Assembly (NCBI GenBank): GCA_019038625.1
Contig: JAHOYU010000084.1
Span: 1 to 60,000 of the forward strand
Origin: Candidatus Latescibacterota bacterium
GTDB lineage: Bacteria; Krumholzibacteriota; Krumholzibacteriia; Krumholzibacteriales; Krumholzibacteriaceae
DNA: 60,000 bases
Direction of reading: 5' to 3'
Made by a program: the position numbers and the translations under genes. Of the stretch, positions 36,435 through 44,398 are shown one piece after another (within the stretch, counting starts at the first letter, position 1; every line of letters begins with the position of its first letter). The notes below the pieces were generated by a model. It made no database searches and was not told where the DNA came from. It saw only the letters and a program-made list of their open reading frames with translations.

Positions 36435-38333
36435 TCAGGAAACCGTTACTCCGGGCCTTACGGATCTGGCCATCTCTTTTTCTATAATCCTGGCAAACTG
36501 TCTCACGACTTCCCGATCATACCTGAGTCCATAGTTTTCCCTGAGCGTGTCCAGGGCTTCCTTCGAAGACAACGCGGGCCGGTTCGGCCTTTCGTTGATC
36601 ATTGCTGAATAGCTTTCCACGACAGAAATGATTCTCGAACCTAAAGGTATCTCCTTGCCTCTGAGTCCGCGTGGATATCCTTCTCCGTTAAACCTTTCGT
36701 GGTGGCTCAGAACGATATTTACTACGTGATCCTCGAATTTCATGCGCCTCAGCATCTCCGCACCGTCTTCAGGATGTTTGTTGATGATATTCCATTCTTC
36801 TCTCGTGAGTTCTCTCGGGCTTCTCACGATCAGATCACTGACCTTGATCATCCCCATATCTCTTAGCACGGTACCATACACAAGATCCTTAAAGTGTTCT
36901 TCTGGATAATCCATATTCTTCGCTACCATGCCTACATACCTCGAAACAAACTCCGATGTCCCTGTAAGCATCGTGTTTTCCTCGATCAGCGAGATAAGAG
37001 TCTTCACGATTCCAAGGGTCCGTTCGTGTTCGCGTTCGAGCATCAATGCGTTCTGGTATGCGCCTGTCGCGACGTTTATAAGGATCTTCATGAACTCGAA
37101 GTCCTCTTTTTTCATCCCTCTGCCCGAGATCCTTCTTCCCAGGAAGATCAGTCCGGCTATTCCCTCGTTGATCCTGAAGGGACAGAAGTATTCTATACTC
37201 GCATCTTTTAACATATCGATCGTTACTTCGTCGAATGACCCGGTATCCAGACCAATCACATCATGGATGCCTGCGATCTTTCTCTCCATGTCTGGAGGCA
37301 TTGAAAATGGTTGTAGCTGGTTTTCGTTGACACCCTTCATCAACATGGGGACATAGGAACTTTCGACCTTCTCAAAGAATACAGCCGACTCCACTCCCCC
37401 CTGGGCGATCGAAGTAAGCAGAAAAATGTCGAGAAGATTCTTCTTGTCACGGATCGCGTTGAAATCGGCGCTGATCGAGAGGAGTGTCTTGAGCTCCAAC
37501 AGGCGCCGCTTCAACTTGATATTGATATCAACGTTATCGTTTTTCTTATCAACTTCCGATGATTCGTCTTTTTTCGCCCCGGTCTCCCCGGGTGTCTCAT
37601 CGACCTTATCCTTCTGTTTACCACTGAATATCTCCGAAATTATACCGTTGTTCCCGGCTCGGACCTTCTGTTCTGCTGTTTCCTCAACCGATACGACCTC
37701 TTCAGCGGAAATACTTTTCTCTTCGTGGACCGCAGCCTTCTCTTCCACTTTTTCCTCGACATCCTCACTATGGTCCACCTTTTTGTCATCATCCTCAAAC
37801 TGACCGTCATACGACATCAGAATCACACCGGGAGCAATCTCTGGATTGTCTTCGGCCCGGTCCTTTTCCTCGACAGAAAGGGTCTCGAGAACTTCCTCAG
37901 TCTTCTCCAGAAGATCATCCTCATCATTTTCGTCGACAATCGGTGCGACTGGAATATCGTCATCATCAGCATCTTCCGATGGAACGACATTCAACGGCGT
38001 CCCTACTGCCTCCTCATATGATTGATAGACTTCAACATCGGTATCATCATCCCTGAGGAAATCAAGTACGATATCGTTGGTTATAACGAATCTTACCGGT
38101 CTTCCCTGCTCATTCTGGGAAACGACGAAGGCCCGCAGGATCTTCGCCACTCCCCCACCCAGGGAAGACAATTCCGTAAAATCAAAGATTACCTGCCCGA
38201 ATTCTCTCCGGACACATTCCTTGACAAGATGCTCGATCTTTTCATTTTCATGAAACCCCAGTTTGCCGCTGATGCGGAATGCCGCGATGTCAGCGCTGCC
38301 GGTTTCAATTCTCTCGAATCTGGTCTTTGACAT
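36435..38333 (-). CDS. STAS - acidic linker - GAF-like - degenerate HD-GYP protein
   Basis: 632 aa. The N-terminal STAS/SpoIIAA-like fold reads FRISGKLGFHE...VIFDFTELSSLGGGVAKIL. An Asp/Glu-rich linker of about 170 aa follows. The GAF-like and HD-GYP regions are paralogous to the downstream gene, but the metal ligands are replaced (TSEFVSRY, LRDMGMIKV, HHERFNGEGYP, VVESYSAM). Confidence 0.85.
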   Translation of the reverse strand: MSKTRFERIETGSADIAAFRISGKLGFHENEKIEHLVKECVRREFGQVIFDFTELSSLGGGVAKILRAFVVSQNEQGRPVRFVITNDIVLDFLRDDDTDVEVYQSYEEAVGTPLNVVPSEDADDDDIPVAPIVDENDEDDLLEKTEEVLETLSVEEKDRAEDNPEIAPGVILMSYDGQFEDDDKKVDHSEDVEEKVEEKAAVHEEKSISAEEVVSVEETAEQKVRAGNNGIISEIFSGKQKDKVDETPGETGAKKDESSEVDKKNDNVDINIKLKRRLLELKTLLSISADFNAIRDKKNLLDIFLLTSIAQGGVESAVFFEKVESSYVPMLMKGVNENQLQPFSMPPDMERKIAGIHDVIGLDTGSFDEVTIDMLKDASIEYFCPFRINEGIAGLIFLGRRISGRGMKKEDFEFMKILINVATGAYQNALMLEREHERTLGIVKTLISLIEENTMLTGTSEFVSRYVGMVAKNMDYPEEHFKDLVYGTVLRDMGMIKVSDLIVRSPRELTREEWNIINKHPEDGAEMLRRMKFEDHVVNIVLSHHERFNGEGYPRGLRGKEIPLGSRIISVVESYSAMINERPNRPALSSKEALDTLRENYGLRYDREVVRQFARIIEKEMARSVRPGVTVS

Positions 38334-38358
38334 CTACCTGCTCCTGACGAGCCCGTTC

Positions 38359-38598
38359 TTATTCCGCGCCAGTGAATACTTCTTCCTGAGATAGCCATCT
38401 GTCGAGGACACTCCTCAGGAACCTCCATTCACTACCGACTTTTTTGGCCGGGATCTTCTTTTCTTTGGCTAGACGGCAGACCGTCTTTACATGCATTTTC
38501 AGATAATCCGCGGCTTCTACAGAAGTCATTACTTCGTTGGCGTCGTCATGCCCACCGATGATGATGTTACCGTAATCGCGCTGTTGCTGTTTCTCCAT
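38359..38598 (-). CDS. excisionase/MerR-type HTH_17 DNA-binding protein
   Basis: 79 aa. MTSVEAADYLKMHVKTVCRLAKEKKIPAKKVGSEWRF..SVLDRWL is the typical 'helix-turn-helix, excisionase family' pattern. Confidence 0.8.
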   Translation of the reverse strand: MEKQQQRDYGNIIIGGHDDANEVMTSVEAADYLKMHVKTVCRLAKEKKIPAKKVGSEWRFLRSVLDRWLSQEEVFTGAE

Positions 38599-38660
38599 GA
38601 CAACCTCTCTGTCCTTTGATCACTGCCCCAGGGAAACTCGACCCGGGACCTTTCGCTTAA

Positions 38661-40331
38661 TTACACACGCGAAATCCTGTCTCCGACAGTACCCTTTACC
38701 TCTTCCTCCTCTATCGAAAAACCCGACTCTTCCAAGGATCCGCCATATCCCATTACTGAAGAGTATTTATCAAGAACGAGTCCCGTCTCGAGCACGGGAT
38801 ACTCGGTTTCTCCGATATTCAGAATCGCCCTCGTTATCGAGGCCCATTCTCCTCCGGTAAGTTGATCGATGATTCCTTCGACCTTTTTCCCGGATGAATC
38901 GAAAAATATGCCAAGCCGCTTCTCTGCGAGCCCCATAATTGCTATATGCATGTCATTGTTTGAGATATCGACTTCTTCGGGAGCGATTTCTCCCAGCGCG
39001 CAGACCGGGATATTCTCGCCTTCGAACCGGATATGCCGCATACTGCCCGATTCCTTTATCTCTATACTACTTGCTTCCAGTATCGTTTCCACTGCCCTTG
39101 AAGGGATTGCGACACTGACTCCCGACGCAGTAAAGAGATGATAATCGGTCATCACCGAACTGCGAGGGAATGTGAACTTAAACCTTCCCTCGGAGCCACC
39201 ACCAGGCTCGACCCATAGCAGGCAACTCCACTTCTTGAGCAATCCTCGGGCCTTGAGAAGTCCCTTGTAAAACGCCACGGCATCGTCCCTGTCTATCTCC
39301 GAATCTGACAGAAACGCCTTCGCGTTATCCTTCAGAGTCGCTACAAGAAATGATCCTTTATTCTCGATCTCAAGATCTATATTCAGACTTTCTCCACCAT
39401 TTTCCTGCATTCTGCAGATATCGAACAACAGGTGTTCGAGAATGCCGGCCAGGTCGGAGGCTGCCTCCCTTTCCAATGGAAAACTGTCCGTCCTCATCGA
39501 CGTACGCACATCCCATCCATGCATACGGCTGTTCATGGCTATGAAATCCTCGACGCCATCCAGAACGGTCCTGCTCGAGACCTTTGCTTTAAACATTCTT
39601 CCCAGATCCCCTATCCGGGCAAGGATATTACCAACAAGCCCGAGGTAGAACTCGCACTCACCGAAAGAAAGCTCCAGGTCTCTCAGAAGAGCTGAATTCT
39701 CTTCGGGATCCGCGAGATAATCGAGATACCTCTCCCTTACCCTGAAAAGAGAATTCTGAAGCCTGTCAATAGTACCAAAACTGCCTGTCGAATCGCTGTC
39801 TTCTTCGTTGCTTGCTGTGGGTACCCTTTCAATCATGGAGGGTTTATCATCCGGGACGACAGGCTCCAGTGATACGGAGCCTATCTCTTCGAACTCAGCC
39901 TCCTGCTGAGAGGATTCGGGATATGACTCTTCCAGCAACACCTTCATCTCCTGCCGGAGACCGGAAAGATTCTGTCTTATAGCTTCATCATCGAGCTCTC
40001 CGGAAATGACATCCATGGCGATCTGTTCTTCACTCTCAAGTATCTCCGAGACGATCTGTGATATATTCTCATCCCAGCATCCCGTCGAACCCTCGACCCT
40101 TACGAGCAATTCACCAAACATGCCCAGCGTTTCACTCCAGTCCTCCAGCCCGAGCATCCTCGTACTTCCCTCAAGGAGCCTGTTCGCGAAACATGTTTTT
40201 CTATAAGCTGCTTCCTGGAACGTCTCGCCCGCTGAATGGCTCATGAGCTCATTAAGCTTCGATACATGATCGTTGATCTGTTCACCGAAAAGCGCTGTAT
40301 TTTCTTCACCAAGTCTAATCAAAACCTTCAC
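38661..40331 (-). CDS. CheA-like pseudokinase scaffold (HPt-like, degenerate HATPase-like, CheW-like domains)
   Basis: 556 aa. ANRLLEGSTRMLGLEDW aligns by eye with the CheA P1 motif A(A)HTLKGSAGMFGL, with His replaced by Arg. SDLAGILEHLLFDICRM aligns with the N-box region DPLTHLIRNSVDHG, and the Asn and His are lost. No DxGxG / GxGxG ATP-lid boxes are seen. The C-terminal region VSVAIPSRAVETILE...RFEGENIPVCALGEI...IAIMG resembles a CheW/P5 domain. Confidence 0.65.
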   Translation of the reverse strand: MKVLIRLGEENTALFGEQINDHVSKLNELMSHSAGETFQEAAYRKTCFANRLLEGSTRMLGLEDWSETLGMFGELLVRVEGSTGCWDENISQIVSEILESEEQIAMDVISGELDDEAIRQNLSGLRQEMKVLLEESYPESSQQEAEFEEIGSVSLEPVVPDDKPSMIERVPTASNEEDSDSTGSFGTIDRLQNSLFRVRERYLDYLADPEENSALLRDLELSFGECEFYLGLVGNILARIGDLGRMFKAKVSSRTVLDGVEDFIAMNSRMHGWDVRTSMRTDSFPLEREAASDLAGILEHLLFDICRMQENGGESLNIDLEIENKGSFLVATLKDNAKAFLSDSEIDRDDAVAFYKGLLKARGLLKKWSCLLWVEPGGGSEGRFKFTFPRSSVMTDYHLFTASGVSVAIPSRAVETILEASSIEIKESGSMRHIRFEGENIPVCALGEIAPEEVDISNNDMHIAIMGLAEKRLGIFFDSSGKKVEGIIDQLTGGEWASITRAILNIGETEYPVLETGLVLDKYSSVMGYGGSLEESGFSIEEEEVKGTVGDRISRV

Positions 40332-40336
40332 CCCTG

Positions 40337-42280
40337 TTACTGAGACGGTGTCTGTTCAACGTATTCTATGGCTCCCAGCTCGAACAGATCGTAGACCGGT
40401 TCGTTATTATCGTTTTCTGATGCTGGCGTCTCTTCGTCTTTCTGAGTCGCCTGGTCGCGATTCATGTCTGCCGCGCCACGGATCGTCTCCGCCATACGCT
40501 CCATCATGTCTTCCGGTGAATCATCATTCGCAGATTGCCCGGCAACTTCAGTATCCGGCTGCTCTTCGGCAACGGTTTCCTGCGAGTCTTCCCGTGCGAG
40601 TTCAACTGCAGGAGGCACCTCATGTGAATCACTTTCTTCATCCATACCTATCTTGACCCAGCGATGTCCGGGCATTTCCATCATGTCATCGCCAGGCTGA
40701 GGACCATCGGCCTGTTCAGCGGATACCTCGTGTTCTTTCACTTCCGGCACCTTTTCAGGCTCTACATTTTCAGCGTCCTCAATAGTGATCTTCTTGCTGT
40801 CTGTATCTTCTTCGTGACTCTCTGTTCCTTCATTGACAGGTTCATCGAATATGGCCTGATGAACATCATCAGATCCGGCTGATGTAAAGCTTTCAGCTTC
40901 CCAGATGTTGCTCCTGTCGAGGACCAGTTCGTCACTTTCATCCTGATTTTCTGCACTTTCTTCGACTCCGTTATCGAATGACACGAACTCACCTGACGAT
41001 TTGGAGCTTTCATTCGTTTCCACCACAAAATCGTCTTCGAGGTCATCATCGATACGGTCATCCGCCAGGGTCTTATGGATCTCTTCATTAAAAGTATCTA
41101 TCTCGTTTCCGAGAGAGGTGACCTTCGCCTGCAGAGAATGACTTTTCTCTTCTATTAATTTCGATATCTCTGAAAGAGATTCCGTGATCCCTGATGTATC
41201 AGGGGAAGAGGCGGCAGAAGAAACTGCACCAGACGACAGAGTCTGGAGTCCCGAATCGATCTTGCGGGAAGTATCAGAGATCTGTACGCCCAACTTGTTG
41301 AAGCGCTCCGCTGTCGACCTGACTTTTTCGGCGAACCGGGCAAGATCCTGTTCGGAGATATCACCCCTGGCCGCCATCAACGCGATATTCAGTGCCAGCC
41401 CGTTGTTCTCTTCGGAAAACTCGTTCATCGCCCTGCTGCCGCTATCAAGGTTAGCGAGCGCATCTCTGATGTCCGCGACTGCCTGGGTCTTCCCTCCATC
41501 CGGCGCCTGTACTGCCTGCGTAGCCGGTTCGGCGCTTTCAAGCTCTTTTACCGTACTGTTCAGGCTTCCGACAGCTCTGGCGATCTCGATAATATCTTCA
41601 TTGGATCCACCGAGTGACTCCATCCACTTTCCGAATGACAGCGCTGCTCTCGCGATGACCTGACGTCCAGCATCAGACTTGCCATCCTTATTGCTTTTGG
41701 AACCCGCAACGTGGTCCGCAACTTTCCTGATAATTGATCCCCACCACTTTCCTTCTATAAGGGGTTCATTTATCCCGTTTCCGCTGAGTACCGAATCAAG
41801 CTCTATCTCGAGGTCCACCGATCGCGATTCCTCCACCCTGCTGCTGAGCTCTTCGGAGATCTCTTTGATCTGATCCCCATAGTTGCGAAGTATGCCCTGA
41901 AGTTCAGGATAGTCCGACAACTTGGCTATCTGGGCCGGATTCGTGAGGTCGTCTATGCTGTCGGCCAAGGATATCATCTTTCTGTAATCCTGCCCCGAGG
42001 ACAGGTAGAACTTGTAGCGCCTGACTGCCGAAGCTATTGTAAAATATGCGACCAGAGCTATGAGAATAACTCCAGCCACCATCGGATACATCTCTTTGAA
42101 GAATCCGAAAGAATCGATCACCCACTTTGAATCGGTCGTATTCAACCAGGTCAGATTGATGTCGTATACATTTACGAGGTAGTATCCGACCCCGAAGCTG
42201 GTCACAACCAACATCAGAGCTACAAACATCCCAATTTTCCAGGGTGATGTCAGAACTGGTCTCTTCTCTGATTTTCGCAA
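40337..42280 (-). CDS. MCP-like 2-TM protein with diverged signalling hairpin and long polyacidic tail
   Basis: The track ORF extends to TTG 42373. The TTG at 42280 is preceded by AAGGAG with a 7-nt spacer. There are two TM helices with a ~25-aa outside loop, then coiled-coil sequence with NNGLALNIALMAARGD...FAEKVRSTAERF (canonical MCP: NLLALNAAIEAARAGE.GRGFAVVADEVRKLAERS). The last ~230 aa are D/E-rich low complexity. Confidence 0.65.
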   Translation of the reverse strand: MRKSEKRPVLTSPWKIGMFVALMLVVTSFGVGYYLVNVYDINLTWLNTTDSKWVIDSFGFFKEMYPMVAGVILIALVAYFTIASAVRRYKFYLSSGQDYRKMISLADSIDDLTNPAQIAKLSDYPELQGILRNYGDQIKEISEELSSRVEESRSVDLEIELDSVLSGNGINEPLIEGKWWGSIIRKVADHVAGSKSNKDGKSDAGRQVIARAALSFGKWMESLGGSNEDIIEIARAVGSLNSTVKELESAEPATQAVQAPDGGKTQAVADIRDALANLDSGSRAMNEFSEENNGLALNIALMAARGDISEQDLARFAEKVRSTAERFNKLGVQISDTSRKIDSGLQTLSSGAVSSAASSPDTSGITESLSEISKLIEEKSHSLQAKVTSLGNEIDTFNEEIHKTLADDRIDDDLEDDFVVETNESSKSSGEFVSFDNGVEESAENQDESDELVLDRSNIWEAESFTSAGSDDVHQAIFDEPVNEGTESHEEDTDSKKITIEDAENVEPEKVPEVKEHEVSAEQADGPQPGDDMMEMPGHRWVKIGMDEESDSHEVPPAVELAREDSQETVAEEQPDTEVAGQSANDDSPEDMMERMAETIRGAADMNRDQATQKDEETPASENDNNEPVYDLFELGAIEYVEQTPSQ

Positions 42281-42608
42281 TTTGGTCTCCTTTACGGCAG
42301 AAATAGGCCTGCCGGCCAGGTTAAATATATATTTTATTACTCGACTGCTATGTGCCGTGGGGGGAGAGCGCAAAGATTATGCCAAGGAAGAATCTAATAC
42401 AACTGGCAGTATTGATAAGGTGTTATAGGGAATTTCAAAGCACAGGACGTAAACAGGAGGACTAATATGCCAGCATTAAATGCGTTTTGCAAACCAGGCG
42501 GAAGGGAACAAAAAATATCTTTTTTTTATGATTCACGCCATTCCTGCAGTCCGCCGACCTGAGTCGGACAAACCCCATCTGCTGACATGATCATCTCGGA
42601 CTATGCCT

Positions 42609-43415
42609 CTATTTCCGGCCTTTTCTGGCCACCGGAGCGTAGAGAGGGGGAAACCTGTCATTGATAAGATGATTAGCCGAAGTGATGTTCTTGTTTCGTG
42701 CCTCTTCCAGATCTATCTCGATGACCTTCAACGATTCGCTCCGATCGCCGGCCGAGACCAGGACTTCGCCGCGGGGATTTACTATCTGGCTCCCACCCGT
42801 GAAGGCAAGGTCCATCGTACCACGCTTCTCCACCCCTATCCGATTGGCCGTAACAGAGAATACACCGTTTTCGATGCTTCGGATCTTCATACCGCTCTGT
42901 CCCCAGGGCAATACAAGGTTGGCCGGGTGGGCCAGGATTTCCGCGCCCTTCAGGGTCAGTACCCTGCTGACTTCAGGAACGATCCAATCGAAACAGATCA
43001 TCATCCCGACGGTAGCCTCTCCCGCTTTGACCGTCTTGATAGCAGTCCCCGGCTTGAAGAACAGCTTTTCCCGGTCAAAAAGATGTACCTTCTGATATAC
43101 TTCTACCTTACCTTTTTCTGAGATAAAAATAGCCGAGTTATAGATCTTCGAACTCAATTTCTGGGCCATCCCGAAAATGAGGTTCAGACGCCTGTTTTTG
43201 GCGACTTTCTTCATCTCCGATACTGTATAGCCCGTCTTGACGCTCTCAGCCAACGAACGGAGCTCGCCCTTGTTCTTGAAGAGATACCCGGTATTAAAGA
43301 GTTCCGGAAGTACTATCGTCGCATCGGCGACCTTGCCGAGCAGGTTGGATGCCTTCTTGACGTTAGCCTTTACTTCTCCGAATTTGCATCGCATCTGGAG
43401 GAAGCCTAATTTCAT
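42609..43415 (-). CDS. carbon-nitrogen hydrolase (nitrilase superfamily)
   Basis: Start at ATG 43415 (MKLGFLQM...) is preceded by GGGGAGAGG. The catalytic triad context is VLPELFNTGY (Glu), a central conserved Lys region, and MMICFDWIVPE (Cys). The track start at 43481 adds 22 unlikely residues. Confidence 0.88.
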   Translation of the reverse strand: MKLGFLQMRCKFGEVKANVKKASNLLGKVADATIVLPELFNTGYLFKNKGELRSLAESVKTGYTVSEMKKVAKNRRLNLIFGMAQKLSSKIYNSAIFISEKGKVEVYQKVHLFDREKLFFKPGTAIKTVKAGEATVGMMICFDWIVPEVSRVLTLKGAEILAHPANLVLPWGQSGMKIRSIENGVFSVTANRIGVEKRGTMDLAFTGGSQIVNPRGEVLVSAGDRSESLKVIEIDLEEARNKNITSANHLINDRFPPLYAPVARKGRK

Positions 43416-43532
43416 CCTCTCCCCCTGGTTATCAGGTTGGATATTGAAAGATCTCGATAAGTCTAGAATATTATAGCACATGTGTCAAAACTAAATTTAC
43501 AATTTTTACACATTCCGCCTCCGACCGGTCCA

Positions 43533-43548
43533 TGGCACAAACTTTGCA
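43533..43548 (+). promoter_or_regulatory. sigma54 (RpoN) -24/-12 promoter
   Basis: TGGCAC (43533-43538), N5 (AAACT), then TTGCA (43544-43548), an exact match to the TGGCAC-N5-TTGCW consensus. It lies 55 nt upstream of the ATG at 43604. An imperfect inverted repeat TGTGTCAAAA...TTTTTACACA (43481-43512) sits just upstream and is a candidate enhancer-binding site. Confidence 0.6.
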
Positions 43549-43603
43549 ATCCGTGATTCAAACAACATTGAAGGCACCTTAGAGAAAGCATCGGAAGTAC
43601 GAA

Positions 43604-44398
43604 ATGTCCACAGAAACGACCTACAGGGTGATCGATACGAGCACCGGGAACCCACACCCGGCCACACCTGTAACAGACGATTCTACAGGCTTTTTCATGA
43701 TGAACAACCTGCTATACAGCAGGATCGACTGCAAGCATCCCACAAATGACGAATACTTCGACGAAGACGTCAATGTCTATCTGGCCAACCTTCTCGATTC
43801 GCTCATCAACCCATCGCAACATGACGCGATGCGCCGCCTGGTGGTGCCCTACGATATTTCTTTATTCGAGTCTGTCCGCAAACAGAAAGATCCGCGGATA
43901 AAATACATGACATACAGAATGAATGCCGATTTCCTCCTGATATACTCCGGAGTGTTCAGCAATCCCAGGAACAGACGCCCCGATTCGGCTTCACAGTTCG
44001 AATTGAGCGACAACACGTACCTGGGAAGGGGAAAAGCATATTACAGCATCGCTCAGTCCTACTGTTCCCAGACATTCCACAAAAATACGGCGATCGGGGA
44101 GATCATGGGAAAACTCTCCAGGGGATTTGAGAAGTATGTAGAGGTATTGTCGACGATGAGAAGTGAATATCTACACATCATCGATCCTATCTCACAGGGA
44201 GAAATGTATCACCTGGAACGCTCTGTAAACCATGAGGAACTAAAGGCTTCACTTGCCTGCTTGTACGACGATTTTCTTGATGCCTATACCAGACACGGGC
44301 AGGAAAAGACCGGATCCACGCGGGAAATCCTCGAAAAATGCGCGTCGAGGATCAAGGAAGTGGACCCTGGCTTCAGCTTTTCCATAAACGACGACTAG
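43604..44398 (+). CDS. hypothetical protein (no family recognised)
   Basis: 264-aa ORF with ordinary composition, downstream of the sigma54 promoter. Its stop overlaps the convergent hydrolase stop by 4 nt. Confidence 0.7.
   Translation: MSTETTYRVIDTSTGNPHPATPVTDDSTGFFMMNNLLYSRIDCKHPTNDEYFDEDVNVYLANLLDSLINPSQHDAMRRLVVPYDISLFESVRKQKDPRIKYMTYRMNADFLLIYSGVFSNPRNRRPDSASQFELSDNTYLGRGKAYYSIAQSYCSQTFHKNTAIGEIMGKLSRGFEKYVEVLSTMRSEYLHIIDPISQGEMYHLERSVNHEELKASLACLYDDFLDAYTRHGQEKTGSTREILEKCASRIKEVDPGFSFSINDD

Noticed and set aside
42481-42497. GG-N10-GC element (minus strand TGGTTTGCAAAACGCA) upstream of the MCP-like operon as a possible sigma54 promoter
   Set aside because: Only the GG and GC dinucleotides match. 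The flanking consensus bases (CAC, TT) do not, so the match is too weak to call. A TTGCAA-17-CATATT sigma70-like arrangement nearby is equally plausible.
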